This document shows, one piece after another, positions 24,281-36,735 of a DNA stretch of 64,000 bases (position 1 is its first letter; each line of letters begins with the position of its first letter). The stretch is taken from positions 1,116,001 to 1,180,000 of the forward strand of contig CM061248.1 of NCBI GenBank assembly GCA_022605425.2, written 5' to 3'. The translations under genes and the position numbers were made by a program. The stretch is from Hamiltosporidium tvaerminnensis FI-OER-3-3 (Eukaryota; Fungi; Microsporidia). The notes beneath the pieces were generated by a model. It saw nothing but the letters and a program-made list of their open reading frames with translations. It was not told the origin of the DNA and searched no databases.

Positions 24281-26589
24281 TTACAACAAATATTTCTTTG
24301 TAAATTTCTCTTTTATAAATTTAATAGTTTCTGCTGCTAAATTTTCCTCTTCATCCCTATATTCCTGTTCAATGTAACCTTCATTATTAAATGAAAATAT
24401 ATACCAACCGTAAGTCATTTTAAGTATATTACACATCGAAAATATGATAACTCTAATATTCTTTAAATTTGCAATAAATATATAATCTTTTTCTGATATA
24501 TTTATTCGACTTAACTTCATTTTTTCTATTTTATACTCTTGGTTAGCGCAAAATAATTCTGAAAAACTAATATTTTGAAACTTAATTCTAACAATATTTA
24601 TTTCTTTTAGCCTCAATAAAGTACTAAATGCTTTTACATCTGAATTATCGATGGAAAATTCGGAAATACTTAGTTTCTTTATACTGCTTATATCCTCGTT
24701 TTGAAATAAAAAATTTAAAGGACTTAGAGGTGATTTCAAATCTGCTTTAGCTTTACTTGTGGCTTTAAAATCAAATTTTTCATTCTTAGCTAGATGTTGC
24801 CATAAATCAATCATTTCATTAATATCCCGAATAGATAACTCTGTAATATAAAAACTTTGATCTACCGAACGGTTTAACTTTATAATGTTTGTTTTAAAAA
24901 AGTCTATTTCCTGAAGACCTATCATCATATCTATTAACTTAAAAAAAATCGAATAACAATCACTGCCTATGGGCCAGAATTTAAAATATTTTATAGATTC
25001 GTTTAAAAAAATTTCATTTTCAATAAAGATTTCTGAATAATCTATTTCTAATCTTTTTAGCCCTTTTATATTTAAAATATCGTTTAGAAAATCAGATTTT
25101 ATTTCAGAACATGAAATTTTAATAGATTTTATATTTTCTTCTAAAATAGTATTTTCTGTTATAATAAACCGTTTATCATTTAATTTTTTGAAAGTAATAT
25201 AAATATTTTTAAAACACCCTTTATACTGAAAAAAACATTTGACTTCCAAATTATAATTCTCGCATTCAAAATATTCGATTATTCTAACTTTATCACTAAA
25301 TTTTCTTTTATTAACTAACTTTAAATAAAAATCTTCATTTTTTTCTCGTATATAATTGTTTTTCTTGATAAATTCATCGATGGAGGTTTGTGGCTGTTTA
25401 TCCTTCAGACTTTTTGTTATAAACTCGGCTATATTAAGATCCCCTTCTTTGATTTCAGGAACTGTATATCTTTTATAAGAATGTTTTTCATAAAATATAA
25501 ATTCCTCAATATTACTTAAATGCTCTGTAAATATGAAAATTGTAACAAATTCAGATTCAATAAAAACCATCTTTTTTAAATTTTTAAAATTTAAGCTTGA
25601 ATTTAGAGAACAAATGACATCATCAGATATGTAACACCGAAAGAATACAATCTCATCAACCATCTTTTTTAAATTTTCATAAATAAAACACGAACTCTTC
25701 ATATTCCCTCTGATAAAATACCATATATGCAAATATTTTATATCTAATGTATTTAGAAACATTAAAAATAAACTTTGACTTTTATGATTCACAACCACTT
25801 TTTTGTCAAAAAATGTAATAAATTCGTCATTAATTACTAAAGTATTTTTTTTATCTTCTGTAAATAACCCTTTATATTCATCAGAAATATAAAATTCATA
25901 TTCTTTTATAAAAAACGAAAATTTTAAATCTTTTCCGTTATTCAGTAGTTTTAAATATTCTTGTGATATTTTTTTAAATAAAGCATGTGAGAAATAAGCT
26001 TGCGTTGAAAAATGAAACGATACTTTTTCAATATCAAAAATTTGCATTACATTGGATTCCATTAAAGAACACCAAATATTTTTTACCGCATTTCGCAATT
26101 TATTATCATCTTTAACTCTAAAATATTCTAAAAAGTACAATATTGTGTAAAACTTCTCATTTGTCATTTCATGTACCGGAAAATAATATGAAATTATAAA
26201 CTCATAGAATATTAAAAAATCAGATTTCTTTATATGATGACAGAGATATATTTCTATATTATTGTTCATATTGTCAAACTTTTCAAACGTATCAAACTTA
26301 AGACCAATTCTCTCAATAAATTCTATACAGTACTGTTCATATTGCCTATTTGAATCTCTGACAAGCATTCTTTCTAAACAGTTTTTTTCGTCATTTTCAT
26401 TAGTCTCATCTCTTTTGATTTGACATAGACATTCGGTTTTGTGTTCATTATTAATTGAATCCATGTCCGACTCTTCATTTTCCTTTCAACATTAAATATA
26501 ATATTTCTTTCACTCGAATGATCGATAAACACAAAAATAAGTGGTTTGTATAATAACGTTATCAGATTGAAGCAGAGATTAAATTTCAT
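24281..26589 (-). CDS. SP/LRR-like family protein; 727-aa ORF whose signal-peptide leader is separated by a single 1-bp frameshift
   Basis: ORF 26374..26589 supplies MKFNLCFNLITLLYKPLIFVFI and ORF 24281..26464 the rest. Relative to the paralog (GTTGTAAATGAAAATGAAGAG) this copy reads GTTGAAAGGAAAATGAAGAG, one base shorter. The C-terminal half has LxxLxI/LxxIxF LRR-like repeats. Confidence 0.8.
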
Positions 26590-27699
26590 AAATTTTAAAA
26601 AAAAAATACGTATTTATAGTTTTAAAATCAATTTACTATTTTAGTTTTTAGTTAAAAAAATTTTGATTTTTTCAAAAAACGTCAAAAATGATTTGTCCTA
26701 TCAATCTCAATAAATTAAAATTTTATAAAATGTTTTAGAAGTTTTTAAATTAAAGAGTGTAGGTAGGAAAAATTGTTGTATTTCTAAACGTCAAATTTTA
26801 TTGAATAAAAATACTATTTTTAGAATTTAAATGAACGAATATTTTTTTCGACGTTGATCATTTTTTGTAGTTAAAGAATCAATAATTGACTGTTACTTAG
26901 ATTTCAGCTAAGTTTTATATTACTAATTAAACAAAAATTAAGTTCTTTTATTTTTTGCAGAATTTCACTTAATAAAAAATACGAAATTTGATTATTTTTA
27001 GAATCAGAATGATATTTCTTTAAATGACAGTTATTTCCTTTTGCTTGTGTACTTTATTACAAATAAATTTATATAAAAACTAAAAAAACAGTTATTAAAA
27101 TGTAAGAATATACAATGTAAAGCCTAGGTGCAAGAACCGAAAAGGTTTAAAATATATCGATAAAACATTTATTATAAATGACGTTTCAAACGACAAAATA
27201 TGCCATCACAGTCATATACTCAATAAAAAATATCTTATGGAAGCATTAATATTAAATGTTACGGTCTAAAGTGCACACACCTGTCCATAATGTACCCGTT
27301 ATTCCGTATACATTTTGATAGATAAAAAATACCCTTTATCGAATAAAAAAAATATGTTTTTCGATTATATTCCCTATCTTATATTTACCCGAGTTATTTT
27401 GTATTTATCCCACCATCTATTGCTCGATGTTTTTCCCTATATTTATACAGCTGGACTATATTATTCGAATCTAAAGGATTAACATGTATTAAATATACAA
27501 AAAATGTTATGCAAACTTTTAGGACTTGCTATTGTTTTGAATTATGGTTTTAACAATCACTTTAAAGTGGAATAATCTTTATAAAGTAGCTATTTTCTGA
27601 ACAAATGATTTTATAAATAATATAAATGTTTACTATAATATAACTCTATATTTCTTGTTTTTTGTAATTTTTATTTTACTAATAGCAAAAAAAATATTG

Positions 27700-29060
27700 T
27701 AGGCCAGATGACAAAGATTGTAATTTGCCAAAACAAGCAAAAAAAGATATTCTGTTGACTTTTTGGAAGATCGAGCACTATCCACCTAACTAAAGCAAAC
27801 AAGATAAAAGACTTCGGAGAAGAAAGACAAATTAATTTATAATATTTGGAGATGATATTTGCTTCAAAGGGCACGAACGAATGCTAAGGTAGGTTTTCAA
27901 TTAGAAAAGGTGATGATCAAAGGTATAATTAAACAAAACACTCGGTAGCACATTCTGAATTAATAAAATTAGTTTATGTTAACAGAAATATTATGAGATT
28001 CCTAAAACAAACATAAGGAAATGTGCAATACGCCGGAGAGGTCTGTAATATATTCAATTTATTTAAGAAAGGTCAGTTAATAGATTGGATCAATATCACC
28101 AAAAATATAACTTATTTATGATTTTTCGTATAGATCATAGAAGATACGGAAATAAAAAAGCTGGGATCGTTAAATTTTAACCGTAATCGACATTTATACA
28201 AAGCATCTCTGCTGTTTTGGGATAATAAACAAGAACTCACGATCAGTAAGAGATGTATTAAATTTTTCATTTATAAATTTCTGTATTTAGTAGCTATTCA
28301 ATCTGATAATAGTATTTTAAAATAAAATTACAGTAAACATATTTCACTGCTCTCATAATGCTAATAATACAGAAAAAACCTCGTAATACAAAAGCCTAAA
28401 GACAAGTTGAACGAAAAATTCAAACAATTTAAAGATGTTTAGCAACAAAGTTATATGTTACCGAAAAAAGATGTATTGATTTTCATAATGATGCAATATA
28501 GACTTATAATAGAACAATACAAGGTGCGACAAGTCAATCACTATTCCAAATTTTTTTTCGTGCAACTTGGATTCCATAATTTTCTTTCTGGTAGTATTGT
28601 GACTTAGAAAATAAATGATGATTAGTATCAGTCGAAAAATCATTTATAGGGTATTAACATTAAATAACCATGATCAGGAATATACGCAGTGGGATTTAGA
28701 GAATGTGACTGGAATATATAATATGGTAAATGCATCTAGATATCTTACTTCAACTTCAAGAATCACCGCTTCTAACATTGATAAGAATATTGAAAATGAT
28801 ACAGAAGTATGTGACATTTTGAAGAATATAAAAAAAGAATCATAGAATGTAAAGATTCAAATAAAATTAAAAGAAATCTTCTTACTGGTGATAGGGTTTT
28901 GATATAAAAAGATTTTGACATGAATACAAAGACTAAACCCGCTTCGTTTGATTTTCCTTATAATGATTCTGTCTTTAGAGTAACAGAATATTTCAATTAC
29001 TAATACGGTAGAATATAAAATAATAAATGTCAAATAGATCTGTTTTAAAAGCGTAATAAA
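27700..29060 (+). mobile_element. Decayed rve integrase-like (Ginger/KRAB-A2-like) transposase remnant, copy 2
   Basis: LTVIDIYTKH (~28177-28206), QSDN (~28299-28310, second D), and a C-terminal GPF/SH3-like GDRVLI*KDFDMNTKTKPASFDFPYNDSVFRVTE (~28888-28990). No RT or gag seen nearby. Confidence 0.6.
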
Positions 29061-29383
29061 GCAGATATAATTTTAAAATGTTTTTTTTTAAAAAGTCATA
29101 TTTTCTAAATAAGAAATGCTAACATAAAAGGAAATAAGTATATTTAAAATTAAGACGATAAATATTTTTGCAGGGGTAAATAAAGTTAAGATTATAACAC
29201 ATTTATTTCGCTTGACTGCCATTATATCTAAAAAAAATATTCATATTTTAATCTGGGACTTTAAAGATGAAAGAATAGTATATAAAGGGTTAATAAATAT
29301 ATCGAAAATAAAGAAGGGGTGTATTAAAAATGTCGGGCGTAATGGACATGGAGAAATATGAACTGCTACATTTTTTAATTTAT

Positions 29384-30105
29384 AGGTGAAAAGAAGATAA
29401 CAGCATTAAAAACTATCTACTTGCCAATGGCTATGTGAAATAGGTATGAAGATAATTGTTTGTATTTTTAATGTGAAATAAACCACACTATATTTTCGAA
29501 CGTTTCATGGGTTTTCTAATATGAGGAAAAGGTCTACAAAATAATGAAACTTCTTATGTAAATATATTTTCGTGTTTTTTATTGAATTGGATTGCAGACC
29601 GCAGCTGAGCTTGCCGATAATTTTCATGAAAAAGTATAGAACCGTAGCTTTGCAACCTTGAATGGAGGACTTAACTCCTAGGAGATGTAATCAAAACTCT
29701 TTTGAGCCAGGAAAACAATTAGCATGTTATACTGTCTGTATGAGATTATGCTGTCTAGGTAAACCTCATGTAAGTCGCCGAAATATATTTTGGCGAAGAG
29801 TTTTTAGGCTCCGAATGGTTAGAGCATGTATAAATCGTACATATTCTTTGGGGAGTCCAGGGTAGGGTTCGATCTATGATCACACACTATTCAACAGACA
29901 TTAAAAAGCACTAAGCAACTTCAAAACCCGTTATTTGGGGATCTATACACATTTTAGACAAAATGTTTTAGGATGTAGGTATCTTAGAATGCTTCAGTTT
30001 AGTGTTGGTTAGCAATACTTATGTAAACCCTAGAACTGCATTAATTTCATTAAAATAATATAACAATGGACACTGTTTTTTAAAAGATGTGATATTTCAA
30101 AATAC
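29384..30105 (-). repeat. ~700-bp dispersed repeat family, full-length diverged copy (e)
   Basis: AAAAACTATCTACTTGCCAATG, AAACCACACTA, CTGTCTAGGTAAACCTCATGTAAGTCGC, GATCACAC, TGTAGGTATC, CTAGAACTGCATTAAT and CACTGTTTTTTAAAAGATGTGATATT are collinear with 36021-36735. Confidence 0.8.
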
Positions 30106-31501
30106 ACCTTTAAATTTATTACTTAAGATAATTCACCTATACTCCTAAAAAATCTTCGCGAGCCCGTTGCTTAAAACATTCGGTAAAAAATTTGAACAGT
30201 GGTTCAGAGACATCATATTTGAATCTTTTGTGTAATTTTTTATTTATATTTTTGTCTATATAAGCAATCTAGCCCTTAATGATGCTCAATTCCTTGAATT
30301 TAAAGGCTATAGAAGACTTTTGAAATTTCCTTTCCGTGATTTATTTGCTCTCTCAAATGTGTTCATGAGTGAGTTAATTAATTTATGTCAAACTGGAAAT
30401 ACAGATAGAAAGCCATATGACGATTCTCGTTGCCCTCATTCTCTTCTTATCTTATTTTTTTTCATCAAAGTAACTTAAATTTTGAGATACTAGTAAGTTA
30501 AAGTAGGTACAAAACCATCCTGCAAATATCTATGAGCGTATGTCCAGCTCTTTAAGGTTTTCTTCGAAACCTTACCTTCTCAGATGAAAAACGATTAGGA
30601 GAAATCTTGTATTCGTAATCTCGCCTATTATTATAATTTCTAGAACATTTGGCCGTTTTTTTGCGAAATAGATTTACTACAAATATTGGATATTTTTTTC
30701 GCTAGTTCTCATGTAAAAAAATCAGCCGGAACAGAAAATATCATACTTATTGAGTATATTTTAACTCAATCAGGTTGTCGTATTTATGCTCGTTTAGTGT
30801 TAAAAGTGAAATGCAATTTTTTTTGAGTTAACCAAGAAAGTTTTAATATATTGTGCAGAGTCTCTTGAAACACACCGTAGCTTAAATTCAATATTCGGTG
30901 TATTATAGTTATTATGTATGATTTGGTTTATTTGCTTTACCAAAATTTTTTTCCTTTTTCGGAATTTTTTTTTCGATAGTTGAAGAGAGAAAAAAATTAG
31001 AATCAAAAGGAAAATTCAAGTAACAAATATCAATTTGAATACATTACTATTATAAAAGAAATCGTAAAATACTTCGAAGAAAAACGAATATTTTATATTT
31101 GATCGTTAAATACATATATTGATTATAATCTTCGTTTCATTTTTCGCAACATAAAAAGCCCTGATAAATTATAAATTAATGTAAAAATTAAATCACGCTG
31201 TTTCAAAAAAAAACTTATTTTACAAAATTTGTATGATTTAGTTGTATAATTAGTTTAAATCTTCAGATATCTAATAAAATATTATTATAAATATTAAAAT
31301 TCTAAAGTTTCTAGAATTGAACCTATCACTATGATTGTAAATTATTTTTTTAAAACCATTGGAATAACTTATTTTAACTTAATTTAGCCTAAAAATCTTG
31401 ATCTTGTATAATTAACTTAAAGTTTGATTTATTAAAAAATAAAATTGAACAAATCAAATTTCAGCTTGTAAAACTATAAATACCCATATGTATTCACAAA
31501 T

Positions 31502-31990
31502 ATGTATTCAGTTTGTATCGTACAAATCATTATACTTATAAAGTCCAAAAATATCTATAATCCTTATAAAAATGAAAAATATCATGATAATCATAATTTT
31601 AATATACTTTTAGAAATTCACAGTTTTATAAAACTCGAGAAACAGATATTTCATATTTTAGAGAATTTTAAATTGTTATTTGATAAATTTAGGAAATATA
31701 ATAACATTCGTGATTCTAAGTCGAATAAAAAAAGAATCTTATTTATTGAAAAAAATATAAATTCATTCTATAGAAAATCAGTAGAAATGAATAAAAAATT
31801 CGAAAAAAATATTTTTCATTTGATCGAGACTTTAATATCTAAAAACACGAAAATATTATCAAAAGAAAATAATAGACTGAAATGCAAATCGTTTAATTTA
31901 ATGAATTACACCAAAAATCGATTTCTTCGAGAAATTGAGCTTAAGCACAAATTATTTTTAAATGAAGAAATAAAAAATATAGAAATTTAA
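31502..31990 (+). CDS. Hypothetical protein with hydrophobic N-terminus, possibly degenerate
   Basis: 162-aa ORF with a CCC motif shortly upstream (31483-31485) and a 14-bp tandem duplication over the start. No recognisable domain. Confidence 0.35.
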   Translation: MYSVCIVQIIILIKSKNIYNPYKNEKYHDNHNFNILLEIHSFIKLEKQIFHILENFKLLFDKFRKYNNIRDSKSNKKRILFIEKNINSFYRKSVEMNKKFEKNIFHLIETLISKNTKILSKENNRLKCKSFNLMNYTKNRFLREIELKHKLFLNEEIKNIEI

Positions 31991-32357
31991 ATCTATCATA
32001 TATATGAATGAGTCTTACGAGAAGTTATCATTATATTTAACCAGAGAATTATCAAGCAAAAGTGTTGATGCAGTATCATTTAGTTGGGCAATTTTATCTA
32101 GAATTATAAAATGTCAGGAAATAATCGAATATATTGCTATAAACGATTTACACATACATAAAAAAGATTTGTATTAAATTTTAAAATTTCTAATTCCCTT
32201 TCAAAAATCCATTTAAGTTTATATTGGCATCATTTTTTGTTTTTACTTTATATTGTTGTTAAAATTTTCAAAAAAATACCGGAATCAAGAATCCAATTGA
32301 TCATTTAATCTACCATTTTTGGTTAAACAAATAAGATACCTAATTTAGAGGTTTTAA

Positions 32358-33000
32358 TCTATATATATAAAAATGATTGTATGTGTCTGTGTTTAAAGGT
32401 TGTAAATAAAGAGTTTTTTTATTTACATAAAGAGGTATTGTTTTCATCATGAAGGTAGATTAACTAAAGAGTTTATGATCGGATTTGTATTTAAATGTGT
32501 TAATAAGAGTGTTTGAATTTAAATGGTGTTAATATATAAATTAGTATTTTAAATGTGTTAGTAAATCTATATTAGGCTAATAGGTTGTTATCATAGATTG
32601 CTGTATGTTAAAGTGTGTTAATAATATAAGAGTATTATTAATCGGGAATTTACTGTTCCGACACATTTAAACAGTTTAAACGTAATATCGGTTTAAAAAA
32701 GTTTCTTTATGACCCATCTTCGAAAAGACAATATAACGCACAAATATAAACGCTGCAGTGTGTAGAATAGATTTGGTTAAAATATGCTTTTCATATGAAA
32801 AGTCTATGTACCAACTTCGTTCGTGAAAATCTCTTCTGGTTTTTTCGAAAGACAACAGAACGAAAACAAAGGATTTTAATGTTTAAAAGCCTCGAAAAAT
32901 ATAAAAATACCAATTAAATCAATAAACTAATTTATTTTTTTTTATTATACCGGAATCCACTTTCTTTTATTTTCGCAGCAACGTGCGGCGGGTACGCTAG
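32358..33000 (+). mobile_element. Non-autonomous Helitron (643 bp)
   Basis: A|TCTATATATATAAAAATGATTG... at the 5' end and ...CGCAGCAACGTGCGGCGGGTACGCTAG|T at the 3' end: 5'-TC, subterminal GC-rich hairpin-like sequence, CTAG-3', inserted between A and T with no TSD. Confidence 0.85.
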
Positions 33001-33244
33001 TAATCATATAAATATTTTGATATAATATGGTTCGATTTTTTTATTTCTAAATACCAGTTCCCTCATATTTTATGAGAAAAAAATACAAAAAAAAGTTTAA
33101 AAATAAAACCACAATTCCTGTTATTTCCTGACAAACATCGATAACTATATCACAAATAATACAAAAAAGATAATCATTAACTTCTTCGAATTTTATATTT
33201 ATATCAAATTTGTAATCGGCTATTTAGACCACAAAAAGCTTTAT

Positions 33245-33943
33245 TTAAAAATATCACGCTTTTTAAAACAGTGGCAAGTTTTATATTTGTTTTCATAACA
33301 TTAACGCAGTTCTAGGTTCAACATAAATAACTGCTACCCAACACTCTTCATTACCCCTGTGATACCTACTTCTCAAAGCCCAATATCTACCAGGTATGTA
33401 GAACCTAATAAATAGGTAAGTCAGTTGCCCGAGTTCGGTAATCTGCGTTGCATGGAGTGTTATCGAAGCCTCATCGCAGACTACCCAGCATTCCCACTCA
33501 CTCTACACTTTCTAAACCAAATAAACTTCTAAAAATATATAACAGAGACTTACATGAGATTCACCTAGACAGGGCAATGGCATTCCAACAGGTATAACCT
33601 GCTACTTGGTCTCCCAGCTTCAAATGGGTTTATTTTTCATATCCACCAGGCGATAAGTCTTCTAACCGGAGTGAGCAAGGCTAGGTTTCCATCCTTTTAC
33701 ATGGCAATTACCTACATGTTCAGCCGTGATCTGCAATCTTGTAACATGAAAAACTACAAGTAAATTTGTAAAAAAAGTGTCGCCATTTCTTAGACCTTCT
33801 CCTCCTCAAACAAACCCCAATAAAACAACCAAAGATTTAGTGTTGTTTTATTCTAATGAAAAACTCAAAAAATGATTCTCACACCATTTTCACAGACTCA
33901 TTGCCAAGCAGAAAGTTTTTTATGTGGTTGTTCTCCCTCTCTC
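33245..33943 (+). repeat. ~700-bp dispersed repeat family, copy (f); left arm of inverted pair with 36021-36735
   Basis: Its reverse complement aligns along its whole length with 36021-36735; nearly identical over 33780-33940. Confidence 0.9.
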
Positions 33944-34518
33944 ATTAACAATTTAAAATTTATAATTAGTTCTAAGATTTTTATTACAGAAACAAAAATA
34001 TAAAAAAAATTTGATATATATCGCTCACAAGCAAATGTACTATTGAAATCATTAAAATACTTAAATCCGAGATGATTAGATACTATGCATCAAAATATAT
34101 GTACTATAAGATCATATTCTTCACTAGACATATTTATTCAGAGAATACAGATTACACAAATATTAAGCTTTTTTATAGAAGACATGATTTATTCTACAAA
34201 ACAGGGAAAAGGATGTCCAAATAATAAATTTCTTGGAAAAGTGTAGTCCAGAAAGGAAACACATATTATATTATATATACACAATATGAAGCAATAATTT
34301 TTGAGGAAAAAAACATAAAAATGATTTAATTTTCAATTTTGAACAAAAAAAGGTCAAAAATTCAATAAAACATAGCTAAAGGTATAAAAAGAAATAAAAT
34401 GTAAAATATTTAACAGAAATTCACTATTATTAAAAACTATAAAAAGCCAAAATTCAAAACTTAATTTAAATTTAAAACATTATATAAAATCTTTAAAATG
34501 TTTTGTTTTTCACCCTAA

Positions 34519-35043
34519 ATGGATCCAAAACTTTCACATTTTTTAAACAACGATAATTTTAAAGAAGAACGAAAAAGAAAAATTAAAAAAGAAGAAGTAA
34601 AAGTAGAAATAAAAGAAATGAGTGTTTCATTGCCAGATAAAGAACAAGAGTAACCGGATATATTAACGATACGAGAAAATAAGATAGTGATAGATCATAG
34701 TGCTACATTTACGGTAAAAGAAAATACTGAAAATTTTCAAGTTACCAATGACACAGATAAAATAATAACATCACTTACATATTCTAAACGTGTTCCTGCT
34801 GGTCGTTGGCTTAAAAATGAAAGTGATACGTTTTTTGATGCTTTGAGTATTTGTGGTACAGATTTTACTATGATTAACCGATTCTTACCATCCAAAACTC
34901 GTAAACAAATATAAAATTTATTTTTAAATGAAGAAAAGAAAAATCCACATAAAATTGCTGCTCTCAATAAACATTATACTTTAAATCCAAACGATTTTAA
35001 AAGACTTTCTAAATTCAATATCGAAGATAAAGAAAATTCATAA
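34519..35043 (+). pseudogene. BDP1: TFIIIB subunit Bdp1 (B'') SANT/Myb-domain gene with two in-frame TAA stops
   Basis: CCCTAA-ATG start; ITSLTYSKRVPAGRWLKNESDTFFDALSICGTDFTMINRFLPSKTRKQI*NLFLNEEKKNP matches the Bdp1 SANT signature (W...ET..F..AL...GTDF..I...F..R.R.QIK.KF..EE..NP). Stops at 34651 and 34912, no frameshift. Confidence 0.85.
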
Positions 35044-35175
35044 AAATATTTTTCTTGCATTTAAGAAAGACCACAAATTTTTAAATGTAGATTTATGGTG
35101 ATTCTTTGTTAAAATGTTAATTAACTAAATTAAATTTCTTTATATAGAAATATTACATAATTATAAAATATTTTA

Positions 35176-35703
35176 TTAAACACGCTGTATATTATCACGA
35201 ATTCTTTCATTATATATTCTTTCACAATATTCATGAGTATTTCTATTCAAGACAATAATATCAAAAAGTGAGCATTTAGTATATTTATCTGTAATAGAAA
35301 TAAGATATTCTGTATTTTGTATCAAACACATTTTCGTCATTTTAGCTTTTCCATTAATTATTTCTATCCAACGTTTTTGTATTAAGAATTTAGCCATACT
35401 GTATTTTTTATAATTTGTTTCTGAAAGATCTGAAATTAAAATATTTTTAAAAAAATCTTTTATTTCTTCTATTTGATTTGATTTTAAATATTCATGTGTG
35501 TGTTCTGAATTAAATAATGTATTTTTAAGGATAATACATGATTTGTCATACCAATATATTGCTTCATAGCCAATATCACGTAAATATTCATTTATTTCTA
35601 TTATATTTACTATTTCATTGGTATTGTAAATACCGTTAGTTAATAGATTGTAGATTACAATATCTTTAAGATATTGAGTTTTTAAAATTTGTGTAGCGGT
35701 CAT
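35176..35703 (-). CDS. NSE1: Nse1-like subunit of the SMC5/6 complex (winged-helix plus reduced RING-like C-terminus)
   Basis: INEYLRDIGYEAI, FLIQKRWIEIINGKAKMTKMCLIQNTEYL and C-terminal KCSLFDIIV..THEYC resemble Nse1 WH and RING-variant patterns; the second Cys of CxxC is replaced by Phe. Confidence 0.65.
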   Translation of the reverse strand: MTATQILKTQYLKDIVIYNLLTNGIYNTNEIVNIIEINEYLRDIGYEAIYWYDKSCIILKNTLFNSEHTHEYLKSNQIEEIKDFFKNILISDLSETNYKKYSMAKFLIQKRWIEIINGKAKMTKMCLIQNTEYLISITDKYTKCSLFDIIVLNRNTHEYCERIYNERIRDNIQRV

Positions 35704-36020
35704 CTTAAAAAGAGCGGAATAATTTTGGCGAAAGAAAATTTAAAATCAAAAAAATAGATAAAAAAACTTTTCTAGTGATTTATTCGTTTAAATCATTCAG
35801 AATATCATTGTAAAAGTGAATATAAATGTCTGATTATTTTTTAGTTTTATTTTCATATATTTTTGTTAAGTTATAAGTTTATAATCCATTCCAATGATTT
35901 CTTTGTTTTAATTTATTGCAAAAAGTTAAAGTTATTTGTATACATTGGCACGAAACTAATTTTCAGAATTAGAACTTATATAAATGTTTATAATCATTAT
36001 TTTCATTTTTTGTATTTTTA

Positions 36021-36735
36021 TAGTGGAGGGAGGATAACCACATAAAAAACTTTCTGCTTGGCAATGAGTTTATGAAACTGGTGTGAAAATCATTTTTTGA
36101 GTTTTTAATTGGAATAAAACCACACTAAATTTTTGGTTGTTCTATAAGAGTTTGTTTGAGGAGGAGAAGGTCTAAGAAATGGCAAAACTTTTTGTACAAA
36201 TCTATCATGTAGTTTTTTATGTAACCAGATTGCGCGTCACGGCTAAAAGAGTGGCTAATAGCCATAAAAAACAAGGAATACTAGCCTTGCTTACTCAAAT
36301 TAGAAGGCTCGACGTCCGGGAATATAAAAGTAAAGCCATTTAAAGTCGGAAGAGCTAGGAGCAGCTTATATCTGTTGGTATGACATTGCACTGTCTAGGT
36401 GGGCTTCATGTAAATCGCAGAGATTTATTTTGGCTGGAAATTTATTAGATTCGATAAGTGTAGAGTAAGTTAGAATGCTGCATGGTCTTGGGGGAGCCCG
36501 GGGGGCTCCGGCCTTTGATCACACTCCATGCAACAAATATTAACCAGCCCGAGCAGCAGCTGCCTTGCCTATCAATGTTACTTAATACCTTTTAGAGGAA
36601 AGGTTTATGAATGTAGGTATCGCAGGAGGTACTGATGGAGATTGGCGGAGCAGTTATTTATGTTAAACATATTACTTGGTTAATCTCTTGAAAAAAATAT
36701 ATATTTGCTATTTTTTTTAAAAATATGTGATACCT
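36021..36735 (-). repeat. ~700-bp dispersed repeat family, copy (g); right arm of inverted pair
   Basis: See 33245-33943. Contains the hairpin GGAGCC-CGGG-GGCTCC at ~36493-36509. Confidence 0.9.

Larger units (their letters stand above)
23532..29320 (+). repeat. Segmental duplication, copy 2 (paralogous to 5312-13790)
   Basis: See copy 1. Lacks the Tc1 insertion and lacks the equivalent of ~5400-6250. Confidence 0.9.

Noticed and set aside
34651-34914. Alternative genetic code (TAA as sense) to explain the Bdp1 stops
   Set aside because: TAA terminates intact genes in this window (transposase, MscS, the 781-aa ORF), and long ORFs contain no internal TAA.
36021-36130. Peptide WREDNHIKNFLLGNEF / RIKNHLLGND in the 700-bp repeat resembling the RapGAP/TSC2 KRHIGND motif
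   Set aside because: Short match only; flanking RapGAP motifs are absent and the frame is broken in every copy. A decayed coding origin is not excluded but is unsupported.
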